This document shows positions 10,224 through 20,319 of a DNA stretch of 64,000 nt, piece by piece (position 1 is the first letter of the stretch; every line of letters starts with the position of its first letter). Location of the stretch: contig NZ_JBIKSU010000004.1 of the NCBI RefSeq assembly GCF_044348475.1, positions 7,602-71,601 of the forward strand, in the 5' to 3' direction. Position numbers and translations under genes: made by a program. Below the pieces are notes generated by a model. It ran no database searches and was not told the origin of the DNA. It was given only the letters and a program-made list of their open reading frames with translations. Origin of the DNA: Daejeonella sp. Lineage in GTDB: Bacteria > Bacteroidota > Bacteroidia > Sphingobacteriales > Sphingobacteriaceae.

Positions 10224-11324
10224 ATGCGGGGACATGCATTTTCAAAATTTATTCCGAATGAGCTTCCAAAAGGGGGCTTTGATGAACTATTGAAGCTATT
10301 TCTGGAGCTGCTCAATTACACTGCAGGCGATGCGAATGAAGCGATTGCCTGGTTAAATGAACTTGACAAACAGTACAAACTCACTAACGATGAGTACGGA
10401 ATGGGCGATTTTATTGATGACCTCAAGAAGAAAGGCTATTTGGGTGATGACGACAAAAACCCCGGAGGTTTTAAAATAACGTCAAAAACTGAACAAAGTA
10501 TCAGAAAATCTGCACTCGAAGAAATTTTTGGACAGTTAAAAAAATCGGGAAAGGGAGGCCACAACACTAATATTTCAGGCATCGGTGAAGAGAAAAATGC
10601 AGACAGAAGAGCGTATCAATTTGGCGACAGTGTTGACCAAATTGACATGACCGCATCGATACACAATGCGCAGATCAATCATGGCATTGGTGATTTTTCA
10701 ATGACTGAAAGAGATCTTGAAGTTGAAGAAAAAGACTTTAAAACCATTACTTCTACAGTATTGATGATTGATATTTCTCATTCGATGATTTTATACGGAG
10801 AAGATAGAATTACTCCTGCAAAAAAAGTAGCGATGGCACTCGCAGAACTAATCAGAACTAAATATCCAAAAGACACCTTAGATATTGTTGTATTCGGCAA
10901 TGATGCCTGGACCATAACTATAAAAGAACTACCCTATTTACAGGTAGGGCCATATTATACCAATACTTATGCAGGTTTAGAACTTGCCGTCGATTTATTA
11001 AGGAGAAGAAAAACTCATAATAAACAAATATTCATGATCACCGATGGTAAACCTACCTGTTTAAAAGAAGGTAACAAATACTATAAGAACAGTGTGGGAT
11101 TAGACCGCAAGGTGGTTAATAAAACCTTAAACATGGCTGCCCAATGCAAACGACTTAATATACCCATAACCACTTTCATGATTGCACAAGATCCTTATTT
11201 ACAGCAGTTTGTAAGGCAGTTTACTGAAATAAACGGAGGAAGGGCATTTTACAGTTCACTTAAAGGACTGGGAGAATATATTTTTGAAGATTACATTAAG
11301 AACAGAAGAAGAACAATTAGATAG
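10224..11324 (+). CDS. von Willebrand factor type A (VWA) domain protein
   Basis: 366-aa ORF. A MIDAS motif DxSxS is present (VLMIDISHSM), with a later ITDG motif (IFMITDGKPT). Confidence 0.8.
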   Translation: MRGHAFSKFIPNELPKGGFDELLKLFLELLNYTAGDANEAIAWLNELDKQYKLTNDEYGMGDFIDDLKKKGYLGDDDKNPGGFKITSKTEQSIRKSALEEIFGQLKKSGKGGHNTNISGIGEEKNADRRAYQFGDSVDQIDMTASIHNAQINHGIGDFSMTERDLEVEEKDFKTITSTVLMIDISHSMILYGEDRITPAKKVAMALAELIRTKYPKDTLDIVVFGNDAWTITIKELPYLQVGPYYTNTYAGLELAVDLLRRRKTHNKQIFMITDGKPTCLKEGNKYYKNSVGLDRKVVNKTLNMAAQCKRLNIPITTFMIAQDPYLQQFVRQFTEINGGRAFYSSLKGLGEYIFEDYIKNRRRTIR

Positions 11325-11335
11325 AATTTCGATTT

Positions 11336-12847
11336 ATGAATTTGCTTAAGATAAATACGCTCAAAGAACTCCGTGAATCTGGATATGTTTCCCGTTCGGT
11401 TAAAGAAGAACTGCGCGAAAACCTAATCAAGGAGCTTAAAAATAAAAACACCGTTTTAGAAGGCATCATTGGCTATGAGGATACCGTTATTCCTGACCTA
11501 CAAACTGCCATTTTATCTCAGCATAATATTTTGCTTCTAGGCTTACGAGGGCAGGCAAAAACACGTATTGCACGATTAATGATTAATTTATTAGATGAAT
11601 ATGTACCCTATATTGAAGGTTCCGAACTATTTGAGGATCCTTTAAATCCTATTTCTTGGTTTGGACATCATATTTTAGAAATTAAAGGAGAAGACACACC
11701 AGTAGCATGGCTTCATCGTTCGGAACGATACACAGAAAAACTGGCGACCCCCGATGTTACCGTGGCCGATCTCATTGGCGATGTTGACCCGATCAAAGCT
11801 GCAACATTAAAATTAACCTATTCAGATGAGCGTGTGATCCATTTCGGATTGATCCCTCGTGCGCATAGAGGAATTTTCGTGATCAATGAACTTCCTGATC
11901 TTCAGGCGCGTATTCAGGTTGCTTTATTTAACATTCTGCAAGAAAAAGATATACAGATTAGAGGGTTTAAACTTAGGCTACCTTTAGATATTCAGTTCGT
12001 TTTTACAGCGAATCCTGAAGATTATACAAACAGAGGATCAATTGTAACCCCTCTAAAAGACAGAATAGAAAGCCAAATATTAACCCATTACCCGCGAAGC
12101 ATAGATATTTCAAGGAAAATTACGCAACAGGAAGCCAAAATCACTCCTTCGCAGCGCACAAGTATTGAAGCTGATGGATTGGTAAAAGATTTGGTTGAAC
12201 AAATTGCATTTGAAGCCCGTGATTCTGAATATATAGACAAAAAATCAGGGGTTTCGGCAAGGCTTACCATTTCTGCCTATGAAAATCTGATCAGCAATGC
12301 AGAAAGAAGAATGCTACTGAACGGTGAAGAAAATACCTTTGTCAGGATATCAGATTTCTTGGGAGTGATTCCTGCAATAACCGGAAAAATCGAACTTGTT
12401 TATGAAGGTGAGCTGGAAGGTCCAAGCAAGGTTGCCAATATCCTATTAGGCAAAGCAATAAAAACGCTTATGATCACCTATTTCCCTGATCCAGAAAAGT
12501 TAAAAAAGGCAAAATCGATCAATCCATACGCTGATATTATTAGCTGGTTTGCTGCAGGGAATACCATTAGCCTTATTGATGATCTATCATTAGGGGAGTA
12601 TAAAAAATCATTAGAATCAGTTCCAGGACTAAAAAATGTAATAAAACAATTCCATCCGCGTCTAAGTGATAATCAGAAAGTATTACTCATGGAATTCCTA
12701 CTTCATGGGCTAGCTGAATTCTCCTTAATCAACAAATCATTTCTAGATAAAGGGTTCAGCTTTGCAGACATGTTTAACAGCTTGTTTAGTCAGGAATTTG
12801 AAGATGATGAAGACGAGGATTATAATGATGATAAGGGACGATATTAA
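11336..12847 (+). CDS. AAA+ ATPase, Mg-chelatase subunit I / sigma-54-interaction-domain-like
   Basis: 503-aa ORF with Walker A GLRGQAKT and a Walker B-like region GIFVINELPDL. It has a highly acidic C-terminal tail (EFEDDEDEDYNDD) and lies 11 nt downstream of the VWA gene. Confidence 0.75.
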   Translation: MNLLKINTLKELRESGYVSRSVKEELRENLIKELKNKNTVLEGIIGYEDTVIPDLQTAILSQHNILLLGLRGQAKTRIARLMINLLDEYVPYIEGSELFEDPLNPISWFGHHILEIKGEDTPVAWLHRSERYTEKLATPDVTVADLIGDVDPIKAATLKLTYSDERVIHFGLIPRAHRGIFVINELPDLQARIQVALFNILQEKDIQIRGFKLRLPLDIQFVFTANPEDYTNRGSIVTPLKDRIESQILTHYPRSIDISRKITQQEAKITPSQRTSIEADGLVKDLVEQIAFEARDSEYIDKKSGVSARLTISAYENLISNAERRMLLNGEENTFVRISDFLGVIPAITGKIELVYEGELEGPSKVANILLGKAIKTLMITYFPDPEKLKKAKSINPYADIISWFAAGNTISLIDDLSLGEYKKSLESVPGLKNVIKQFHPRLSDNQKVLLMEFLLHGLAEFSLINKSFLDKGFSFADMFNSLFSQEFEDDEDEDYNDDKGRY

Positions 12848-12881
12848 TATCTCCTGATCACGGAATAAAAATTACTAATTA

Positions 12882-14147
12882 ATGGGAAATCGAATTTTAG
12901 GATTAATAGTGATCAGCATACTGTTGATCTTTATTGATATTTATATTTACAGGGCTGTTCGATCAGTAAGCTGGAAGTGGAAGAATAACAAATACTTATC
13001 ATTCACTTATATTTGGTGGGGGTATACCTTGTTACTGTTCATTGGAGTATTTATCAGTATATTTTTTAACATCAAATTCCTTCTCCGATCCATTATTTTG
13101 GTTGTTTTCTTTCTAACCTTCGTATCTAAAATATTCGTTCTTCCGTTTTTAATTACTGACGACCTGCGCAGGAGCTTGATCTGGATCAAAAGAAAGCTTA
13201 AAAGCAAACCGCGAGATGAAAACAGTGTGGATAGTACCAATCAGGAAAACATTCCAAGATCAGAATTTATAATCAAGGCAGGAACGCTTGTTGCCGCATT
13301 TCCATTAGCATCCTTAACCTATGGTGTTGTTTCTAGTGCCTACGATTATCGTATTAAACGAAAAACAATTTTTTTACCAAACCTTCCAAAAGCTTTTGAT
13401 GGAATTACTTTGGGCCAGCTTTCTGACATTCACTCAGGAAGCTTTTATGATAAAAAGGCCGTATTGGGTGGTGTAGAAATGTTACTTAAAGAGAAACCTG
13501 AACTTATTTTTTTTACTGGTGATTTGGTGAATAATTTGGCATCAGAGATGAGAGATTATCAGGATATTTTCTCAAAAGTAAAAGCTCCCCTTGGAGTGTA
13601 TTCAGTTCTTGGGAATCATGACTATGGAGATTATTTTTTTGGAAAGGGAAACTCAACTGCCAAATCTAAAAACCTAGCTGATCTTAAGGTAACTCATAAA
13701 AACATGGGATGGGATCTTCTGCTAAACGAAAACAGGAGAATAAAAATAGAAGGTGAAGAAATTGCAGTTCTAGGTATTGAAAATTGGGGGGTTGGCCGAT
13801 TCGCAAAATACGGGCAAATGGATAAGGCGATTATAAACACAGATGATGTTCCGGTTAAACTACTTTTATCGCATGATCCATCGCATTGGAGGGCACAGAT
13901 ACTTCCTGAATATCCACAGATTGATGCCATGTTTAGCGGACACACGCATGGAATGCAATTCGGGATTGTTACCGAAAAATTTCAGTGGAGCCCTGCAAAA
14001 TATGTTTATAAAGAATGGGCTGGACTTTATCAAGAAGGCGCTCAGCAATTATATGTGAACGTTGGATATGGCTTCTTGGGCTATCCTGGTCGTGTAGGAA
14101 TGTTACCTGAAATAACGATATTTGAACTACGTCAGAGTAGTTCATGA
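12882..14147 (+). CDS. membrane-anchored metallophosphoesterase (calcineurin-like)
   Basis: 421-aa ORF with N-terminal TM helices and the phosphoesterase motifs DIHSG, GDLV, GNHD and SGHTHG. Confidence 0.85.
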   Translation: MGNRILGLIVISILLIFIDIYIYRAVRSVSWKWKNNKYLSFTYIWWGYTLLLFIGVFISIFFNIKFLLRSIILVVFFLTFVSKIFVLPFLITDDLRRSLIWIKRKLKSKPRDENSVDSTNQENIPRSEFIIKAGTLVAAFPLASLTYGVVSSAYDYRIKRKTIFLPNLPKAFDGITLGQLSDIHSGSFYDKKAVLGGVEMLLKEKPELIFFTGDLVNNLASEMRDYQDIFSKVKAPLGVYSVLGNHDYGDYFFGKGNSTAKSKNLADLKVTHKNMGWDLLLNENRRIKIEGEEIAVLGIENWGVGRFAKYGQMDKAIINTDDVPVKLLLSHDPSHWRAQILPEYPQIDAMFSGHTHGMQFGIVTEKFQWSPAKYVYKEWAGLYQEGAQQLYVNVGYGFLGYPGRVGMLPEITIFELRQSSS

Positions 14148-14167
14148 TCTGATTACGGGTTCAATCG

Positions 14168-15046
14168 ATGAACAAATACCTCAGGCAAGCACTAGATTTT
14201 TTATTGTATAGCAATATTTTTATTGCTTTATGTGCAGTATCTCAGGGTTTGGTTACTTACTGGCTTGTAGAGGCCAAACCAGATACGTGTGTATTAGGTC
14301 TTTTATTCTGCTCTACCCTGGCTCTCTACAATTTTAGTATACTGCTTTCAAAACCTGAAAAACCAGAGATTTCGAGATTCCAAAGAGTTAGATGGATATT
14401 TTCACATTATCGGCTAATGATCACCCTGACCATCATTTCATCGATTGCAATAATCCCATTAAGCTTTTTTTTAAATACTTCTTCCAACATACTTCTAATT
14501 GGATTGGGTCTTATATCTATTGCTTATAACCTGCCCATTTTTTCTATTGATGATACGCGATTTAGCCTTCGCAATATTCCCGGAGTAAAGCTTTTTATTA
14601 TTGCTATGGTTTGGGCAGCAAGTTGTGTGCTACTCCCAATCTTTGAAATAGCAGGGAATAATTCTTCAACAATTACACTAAATGAAACGATACTATTATT
14701 TTTAAAGCGATTATTCTTCATTGCAGCTATTGCTGTTCCATTTGATATACGAGATATTTTTCAAGATAAAAGCAACCAGTTGAAAACCATTCCCGTAATT
14801 TTTGGTGAAAAAAATTCATTACTGATATGCCAGGTATTACTAGCAAGCTACCTGTTATTATTGTTTAACTTTACTAAAAAGATTGACGGAAATTTCTTTG
14901 CACTTAGCCTAACCATCCTATTGTCAGGCTGGCTTATTTTCAAATCGAAATGGAAGAAAAATGAATATTATTATTTTCTTTTACTGGATGGAACAATGAT
15001 ACTCCAATTAATTATGCTACTCATTTTTAGTACTATTCCATTATGA
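14168..15046 (+). CDS. UbiA-prenyltransferase-like polytopic membrane protein
   Basis: 292-aa ORF with about 8 TM helices and an Asp-rich loop (PFDIRDIFQDK) resembling the second UbiA motif. The family assignment is tentative. Confidence 0.5.
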   Translation: MNKYLRQALDFLLYSNIFIALCAVSQGLVTYWLVEAKPDTCVLGLLFCSTLALYNFSILLSKPEKPEISRFQRVRWIFSHYRLMITLTIISSIAIIPLSFFLNTSSNILLIGLGLISIAYNLPIFSIDDTRFSLRNIPGVKLFIIAMVWAASCVLLPIFEIAGNNSSTITLNETILLFLKRLFFIAAIAVPFDIRDIFQDKSNQLKTIPVIFGEKNSLLICQVLLASYLLLLFNFTKKIDGNFFALSLTILLSGWLIFKSKWKKNEYYYFLLLDGTMILQLIMLLIFSTIPL

Positions 15047-15702
15047 AAAACATTGATATTATTTCCATAAACATTCTTGGCAAAGCTGAGCTTTTGTTAT
15101 CAGATCATCAAAAAGCGATGACAGCATTTAGAAAAATAGCCATACAAACTGAAGGGATTGAATTAGAACTTACAGGTTTTTTAGGCGACATGGTCAAGAA
15201 TACTAAACACCACGGAGGAAACGATAAAGCAATATGCTGCTATAATGCCGACCATTTTGAGAAATGGAAAAATGAGCTGGGATTCGACCTAAAACAGGGA
15301 GCATTTGGCGAAAACCTGACCTTAAAAGGAGAAAATGCGCATGAGCGCCATGTTTATATCGGCGACCGATATCAATTAGGCGAGGCCATAGTAGAAGTAT
15401 CAGAACCACGCGGACCATGCTATATGATTGGCATCAGGTATAACTATAAAGAATTTCCAGTGCATCTTCAAACATCAGGGCTTACCGGCTATTACCTAAG
15501 AACAATCCAACCGGGCTTTGTTAAAAAAACTGACCAATTGGTCTACCTGAGTTCACACCCTGAAAAGATATCTGTCATGGATGTGAACTATGTACGCTAT
15601 CACGATAGCGAAAATAAGGAATGGATACAACGCTTAGTTAATTTGAAGGAACTGACTGAAGATTGGCGGATGATGTTTGAAAAGAAACTCGTCAAATTAT
15701 AG
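15043..15702 (+). CDS. MOSC domain protein (YiiM-like)
   Basis: 219-aa ORF with HHGGNDKAI and EPRGPC motifs typical of MOSC. Its start overlaps the upstream stop (ATGA). Confidence 0.8.
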   Translation: MKNIDIISINILGKAELLLSDHQKAMTAFRKIAIQTEGIELELTGFLGDMVKNTKHHGGNDKAICCYNADHFEKWKNELGFDLKQGAFGENLTLKGENAHERHVYIGDRYQLGEAIVEVSEPRGPCYMIGIRYNYKEFPVHLQTSGLTGYYLRTIQPGFVKKTDQLVYLSSHPEKISVMDVNYVRYHDSENKEWIQRLVNLKELTEDWRMMFEKKLVKL

Positions 15703-15763
15703 TATAAGCCAAATAGGCAATAATCGCATCACGCCCTGCCCGCCTGTATTCTAAAAGGGAGGT

Positions 15764-16453
15764 TTAATCAATCACAAATTTATAGCCTACTCCACGAACA
15801 GTTTGCATAAAATGGGGCCTATCCGGATTACTTTCAATTTTTTTACGCAAGCGCACAATATGCATATCTAACGTTCGAGTGTTCACATCAGAGTTGTAAC
15901 CCCAAACAACCATCATTAACTCATCACGATTGATAACTTGATTGGCATTTTTTAAAAAATAAAGTAGAATCCTGTTTTCCAGAATGGTAAGCTCAATCTT
16001 TTTATTTTCGCGCAATAATGAATGCGTGTTCGGATGATGTTCCATATTGCCGAACTTAAAAACTTCTGATTTTTCGTTATTAATTACAAATTTAACCTTG
16101 TTGTCAATTAAAGCTACCAGTACGTCCATGTTAAATGGTTTGGTTACATAATCTGAAACTCCAAAACTGTAGGCATCAATTTTATCAATATCCTGCGACT
16201 TGGCAGTAACCATGATAATCAAATTATCAAAACCTAGCTTTCGAACATTCTGACAAATCTCAGAACCTTGTTTGGTAGGCAACATCCAGTCAAGCAGTAC
16301 AATATCCGGCTGTTCTGTCATGATCAACTCCTCTGCAATTTGCCCGTCTGAAGCTTCCACTATTTTATAGCCCTCGGCCTGCAGCCGATGTACTACCAGG
16401 AATCTTAAATTCTCATCATCCTCAATAACGGCAATCTTGATTTCTTTTTGCAT
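15764..16453 (-). CDS. OmpR-family response regulator
   Basis: 229-aa ORF with a receiver domain (DIVLLDWMLP, phospho-acceptor Asp) and a winged-helix C-terminus (VRGVGYKF). Confidence 0.92.
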   Translation of the reverse strand: MQKEIKIAVIEDDENLRFLVVHRLQAEGYKIVEASDGQIAEELIMTEQPDIVLLDWMLPTKQGSEICQNVRKLGFDNLIIMVTAKSQDIDKIDAYSFGVSDYVTKPFNMDVLVALIDNKVKFVINNEKSEVFKFGNMEHHPNTHSLLRENKKIELTILENRILLYFLKNANQVINRDELMMVVWGYNSDVNTRTLDMHIVRLRKKIESNPDRPHFMQTVRGVGYKFVID

Positions 16454-16455
16454 AA

Positions 16456-18129
16456 TTATATATCGTAAGGCAATTCTATTGTAAACTCAGATCCCTTTCC
16501 AACAACACTCACCACCGCTATTGATCCGCTCATAAATTTAACCAGTTCTTTACAGAATGCCAAACCTAAGCCCACACTGCCCTGCTGGTTATATTCATTT
16601 TGCACTCTGAAAAACTTTTCAAATATGTTATTTATATCCTTGGCTGGAATACCAATCCCTTGATCTGAAAATTTGAAAACAAGCTGTTTTTTAACTTTAA
16701 CAATACTGATCTTTAAAATTTTATTTTCGGGTCTTGAGTATTTATAAGCATTGTCAATCAGGTTTTGAAAAATGCTACCCAATAACACCGGATCAGATTT
16801 AAAATATTCAACATCTTTAATAGCACAGCTGATATCAAAGATAGGATACTTCAATTGGTAACTATCAATTAAATTTTGGCAGAACACCTCCAAATTTATG
16901 TTTTCTGGGTTAATTTTGATTGCCTTATTCTCTATTTGGGTGAACGAAAGCAACTTATTCATCAGGTCATTAAGTTTATCGGCTTCCTCATCTAATATCT
17001 TTCCATAATGCAGTCGTTCTTTTTCTGAGAGTGTTGAAGCGCTCCTAATATTGTTACCTGCAATCTTGATCACACTAACCGGAGTTTTAAACTCATGGGT
17101 CAGATTATTTATAAAATCATATTGAAGCTTAAATAGCTTACTGTTTATATTTAGATTTCTAAATATTAAATAGGCAATTAAAACCAGAATGAAATAGGAA
17201 ACAAATAATCCACCGGCAATTGGCATGAACCTGGTATTAATCTCCATCTGCAAAAAACTTTTACTAGAACTGAAATACAATTTATAATCAGAAAAAGGCC
17301 CAGATAAAGGAAGGTCATTACTGATGATATCTGAATTATTTTCAAGTGACTCATAAACCAGCTGTTTAATAGTTATAGATTGATATAACTCAGGTCTAGT
17401 ATTCTTAATTTTTAACTTTAGCGGATCCAGATAGAAAGAGAACATATCCAATTCGTAAACCGGTGAGAACTTTTGCTGGGTTGTCATCAGGTCTTTGTAG
17501 ATCTTTAACTCCTCCCTTCTGGGGATATTCAGGTAGGTGATTCTTTGAGACATTATGCTGTAAAACACATTAAATCGATCAGAATCGCTGAGAGCACGGG
17601 TCGTGTCTGCCGACTCAATAAAACCACTGAATTTAATCGCCATTTTATTGAATTCATCACCTGTTTTTAAAGAAAAAATGCTACTTGCCTTATTTTTTTT
17701 AAATAATACTATCGAATCTTGATCAAGATTCCTGGCAAACTGATATACCGCTTTAGGGCCTAAAGAAAAATTATTAACCCTTATTTCATCTGGAATAGTA
17801 TGATTACTAATTGCTGCATCATAAAAAACAACACGATCTACAAAGTTGAATTTGGTAAAAATTTTGTCAATGTATTTTGCTGCCTGTGCCGAATCCAAAA
17901 ACCCCTGATAAAATGAAATTTCAGGAATCTTATTTTGAAAAAAATCATTATAAGGTTTAATAGTCTCTTCCAAGACCTCAATTTTCTGAGAAGCAAATTC
18001 ATTCTCTACATACTTGCTTGTAAGTTTATAGGCTAGAAATAATGCTCCAGCAAGCGCAGTTGTAATTAGAATCAGGAAAATTATAACCAGGGAAAAATTT
18101 TTACGATAAGTTTGCTGATTTTCCTTCAT
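16456..18129 (-). CDS. sensor histidine kinase
   Basis: 557-aa ORF with two TM helices flanking a ~270-aa extracytoplasmic region. It has an H-box (NNLTHEFKTPVS) and N/G boxes (DNAYKYS, DQGIGI, GLGLAF). Confidence 0.9.
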   Translation of the reverse strand: MKENQQTYRKNFSLVIIFLILITTALAGALFLAYKLTSKYVENEFASQKIEVLEETIKPYNDFFQNKIPEISFYQGFLDSAQAAKYIDKIFTKFNFVDRVVFYDAAISNHTIPDEIRVNNFSLGPKAVYQFARNLDQDSIVLFKKNKASSIFSLKTGDEFNKMAIKFSGFIESADTTRALSDSDRFNVFYSIMSQRITYLNIPRREELKIYKDLMTTQQKFSPVYELDMFSFYLDPLKLKIKNTRPELYQSITIKQLVYESLENNSDIISNDLPLSGPFSDYKLYFSSSKSFLQMEINTRFMPIAGGLFVSYFILVLIAYLIFRNLNINSKLFKLQYDFINNLTHEFKTPVSVIKIAGNNIRSASTLSEKERLHYGKILDEEADKLNDLMNKLLSFTQIENKAIKINPENINLEVFCQNLIDSYQLKYPIFDISCAIKDVEYFKSDPVLLGSIFQNLIDNAYKYSRPENKILKISIVKVKKQLVFKFSDQGIGIPAKDINNIFEKFFRVQNEYNQQGSVGLGLAFCKELVKFMSGSIAVVSVVGKGSEFTIELPYDI

Positions 18130-18133
18130 CCCG

Positions 18134-20020
18134 TTACTTACGGCTTAGATTTTTATCAAGAAACAGTTCAAGTTCTTTATAAAACTCAAGTCTATTATCA
18201 ATGTTTCTAAAAAAATGACCTTCGTCTTCTTTTAAAATATAAGTAACAGGAACATTTTTCTTCTTGAGTTCCTTTACAAATTGATTAGTTTCGTTCATAT
18301 TCACTCTTGGATCTTTGGCACCCTGGGCAATTAAAACAGGAACCTTTATTCGATCAGTGTGAAAAACAGGAGACACCTCCCTAAAGTAGTCGGCATCTGT
18401 TTCAGGATTCCCAACGGTTTCATAAAACATTTGTTGATAAGGCCTGAAGTAGGGTGGTATATCTTTGAGGTAAGTAAATAAATTGGTAAATCCTGAATGT
18501 GATGCCCCGCATCGATATAGTTCAGGTTGTGTAATCAAGCCATGGAGGGCTGAGAAACCCCCAAAACTTGAACCATAAATGGCGATACGAGAAGGATCAG
18601 CTATATTTTCTGAGATAAGCCAACCAACTCCATCAGTAATATCATCCTGCATCTTTCCACCCCATTCTTTAAAACCAGCAGTCCAAAATTTCTTGCCATA
18701 ACCCTTAGAGCCTCTAAAATTAACCTGAAACACAGCATATCCCCTGTTTGCAAGAAATTGCACCTCTGAATTATAGCCCCAGCTATTTCTTGAATCAGGA
18801 CCTCCATGAGGCATCACAACCACTGGAAGGTTTTTCTTTGTCCTACCTTTAGGAAGCGTTAAATAGCCATTTACAAGAAGGGAATCTCGTGTCCTAAAGC
18901 TTATAGGCTTCATTTCGGCCATATCCTCCACCCGCAATGATGGGTTAACATCACTTAACTTAACCAGTTTATTTTCTTTAATGGTGTATTGATAAAATGA
19001 TCCTGGATTATGATCAGTGTAGGTACGGACGATGAATTTTTTTTCTGCCGAGTCAGCGCTGCTCACTTTAATCTCTGTATTTGGCAGTAACTTTTCAAGC
19101 TCATTGAACATGCTTTTTACAGATTCATCTAAATAATGACGTTCCTTTTTCCAAGTTTCATAACCCACATAAGTTAGTTTACCTTTATTGACTGAATAAG
19201 TTGCTTCAGAAACATCCACATCAGGGTTGCTGTAAATTGTTCGATGCTCCTTTCCTGTTTTACAATCCAATTCAACTAAAGCCATCTTATCCCGATTCTT
19301 ATTTGACAAAGCATAGATACAACTATTGTTAGCGCTAAATGCTACAGGCAAAATGCTGGTTTTGAAATTATTAGTCAAAACCGGACTGAATTTTTTATTT
19401 TCACTATCACGATAGAGTAGTGTTTCATTAACCCCATCACTTGCTATTGCCATACGTAATTTACCGGAAGGATCAGAATACCACTTGGTTATATTTCCTG
19501 GATTCTCAAGTAATAAGGATAATTTACCGGATTGAATATTTAACCTGTAGGCATCAAATACCGTAGAATCACGCCTGTTAAGCGCAACCAATACCTGATC
19601 ATCAAAAGTGCGCCCTGTGGTTATTAACCTGATTTTGGCATAATTAAAAGGCAATAGCTCTCTTTTATTTGTTCCATCAATTTTTACTGCAAATAATCCG
19701 GCATCTTTATCTTCAGCACCACTTTTCAAATAAAGAATCTCATTGTTACTTGCCCAAAAATAATTCGAAATACTGCGGTTACTATCACATGTTAATTGGA
19801 TGGTATTTTTCCCATCCCAGGTTTCTACGTAAATGTGAATGCGATTATTGTCGGGTTTTAGATAGGAAATAAATTTCCCATCAGGTGATACCAGAAAAGA
19901 TGTTTTAATAGGCGCACTGAAAAAATTTTCAATCGGAATTCGCTCAACTGTTCCTTCAAATGAGCAGGACACCAGAGTTAGCAAAACAAATAAGAAAAAG
20001 TAATTTCTAAATACCTGCAT
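18134..20020 (-). CDS. S9 family (prolyl oligopeptidase/dipeptidyl peptidase-like) serine peptidase
   Basis: 628-aa ORF with a lipoprotein-type signal (LLTLVSCS), a beta-propeller N-terminal half, the catalytic GSSFGG motif and a C-terminal EGH. Confidence 0.88.
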   Translation of the reverse strand: MQVFRNYFFLFVLLTLVSCSFEGTVERIPIENFFSAPIKTSFLVSPDGKFISYLKPDNNRIHIYVETWDGKNTIQLTCDSNRSISNYFWASNNEILYLKSGAEDKDAGLFAVKIDGTNKRELLPFNYAKIRLITTGRTFDDQVLVALNRRDSTVFDAYRLNIQSGKLSLLLENPGNITKWYSDPSGKLRMAIASDGVNETLLYRDSENKKFSPVLTNNFKTSILPVAFSANNSCIYALSNKNRDKMALVELDCKTGKEHRTIYSNPDVDVSEATYSVNKGKLTYVGYETWKKERHYLDESVKSMFNELEKLLPNTEIKVSSADSAEKKFIVRTYTDHNPGSFYQYTIKENKLVKLSDVNPSLRVEDMAEMKPISFRTRDSLLVNGYLTLPKGRTKKNLPVVVMPHGGPDSRNSWGYNSEVQFLANRGYAVFQVNFRGSKGYGKKFWTAGFKEWGGKMQDDITDGVGWLISENIADPSRIAIYGSSFGGFSALHGLITQPELYRCGASHSGFTNLFTYLKDIPPYFRPYQQMFYETVGNPETDADYFREVSPVFHTDRIKVPVLIAQGAKDPRVNMNETNQFVKELKKKNVPVTYILKEDEGHFFRNIDNRLEFYKELELFLDKNLSRK

Positions 20021-20319
20021 TATCCAATACTATTTATTCAAATTTCGATCAAAAAAAATTTAATAACCTATTCATTGCAGAAAATACTGATAAATGTTAC
20101 AACGAACAATTGGTCGTTTTACGTTTTGTAACTAATGTTTCAATGTACTGATTTACATTATAATCATAAAAAACCCATCGTAACATTTAAACTACATGGC
20201 CTATTTATTACACTATCATGAGCTAACGAGCCCGAACTTTAATTCAGACTTTCATTCCAATTTAATTGCAATTCCCTTAACTTTAAGGATTCAGAAAATA
20301 TAAGTATATCCATTAAATC

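Noticed and set aside
15703-15763. Expected bidirectional terminator between the convergent MOSC and response regulator genes
   Set aside because: I could not find a convincing stem-loop or T-run by eye, so it is not reported as a feature.
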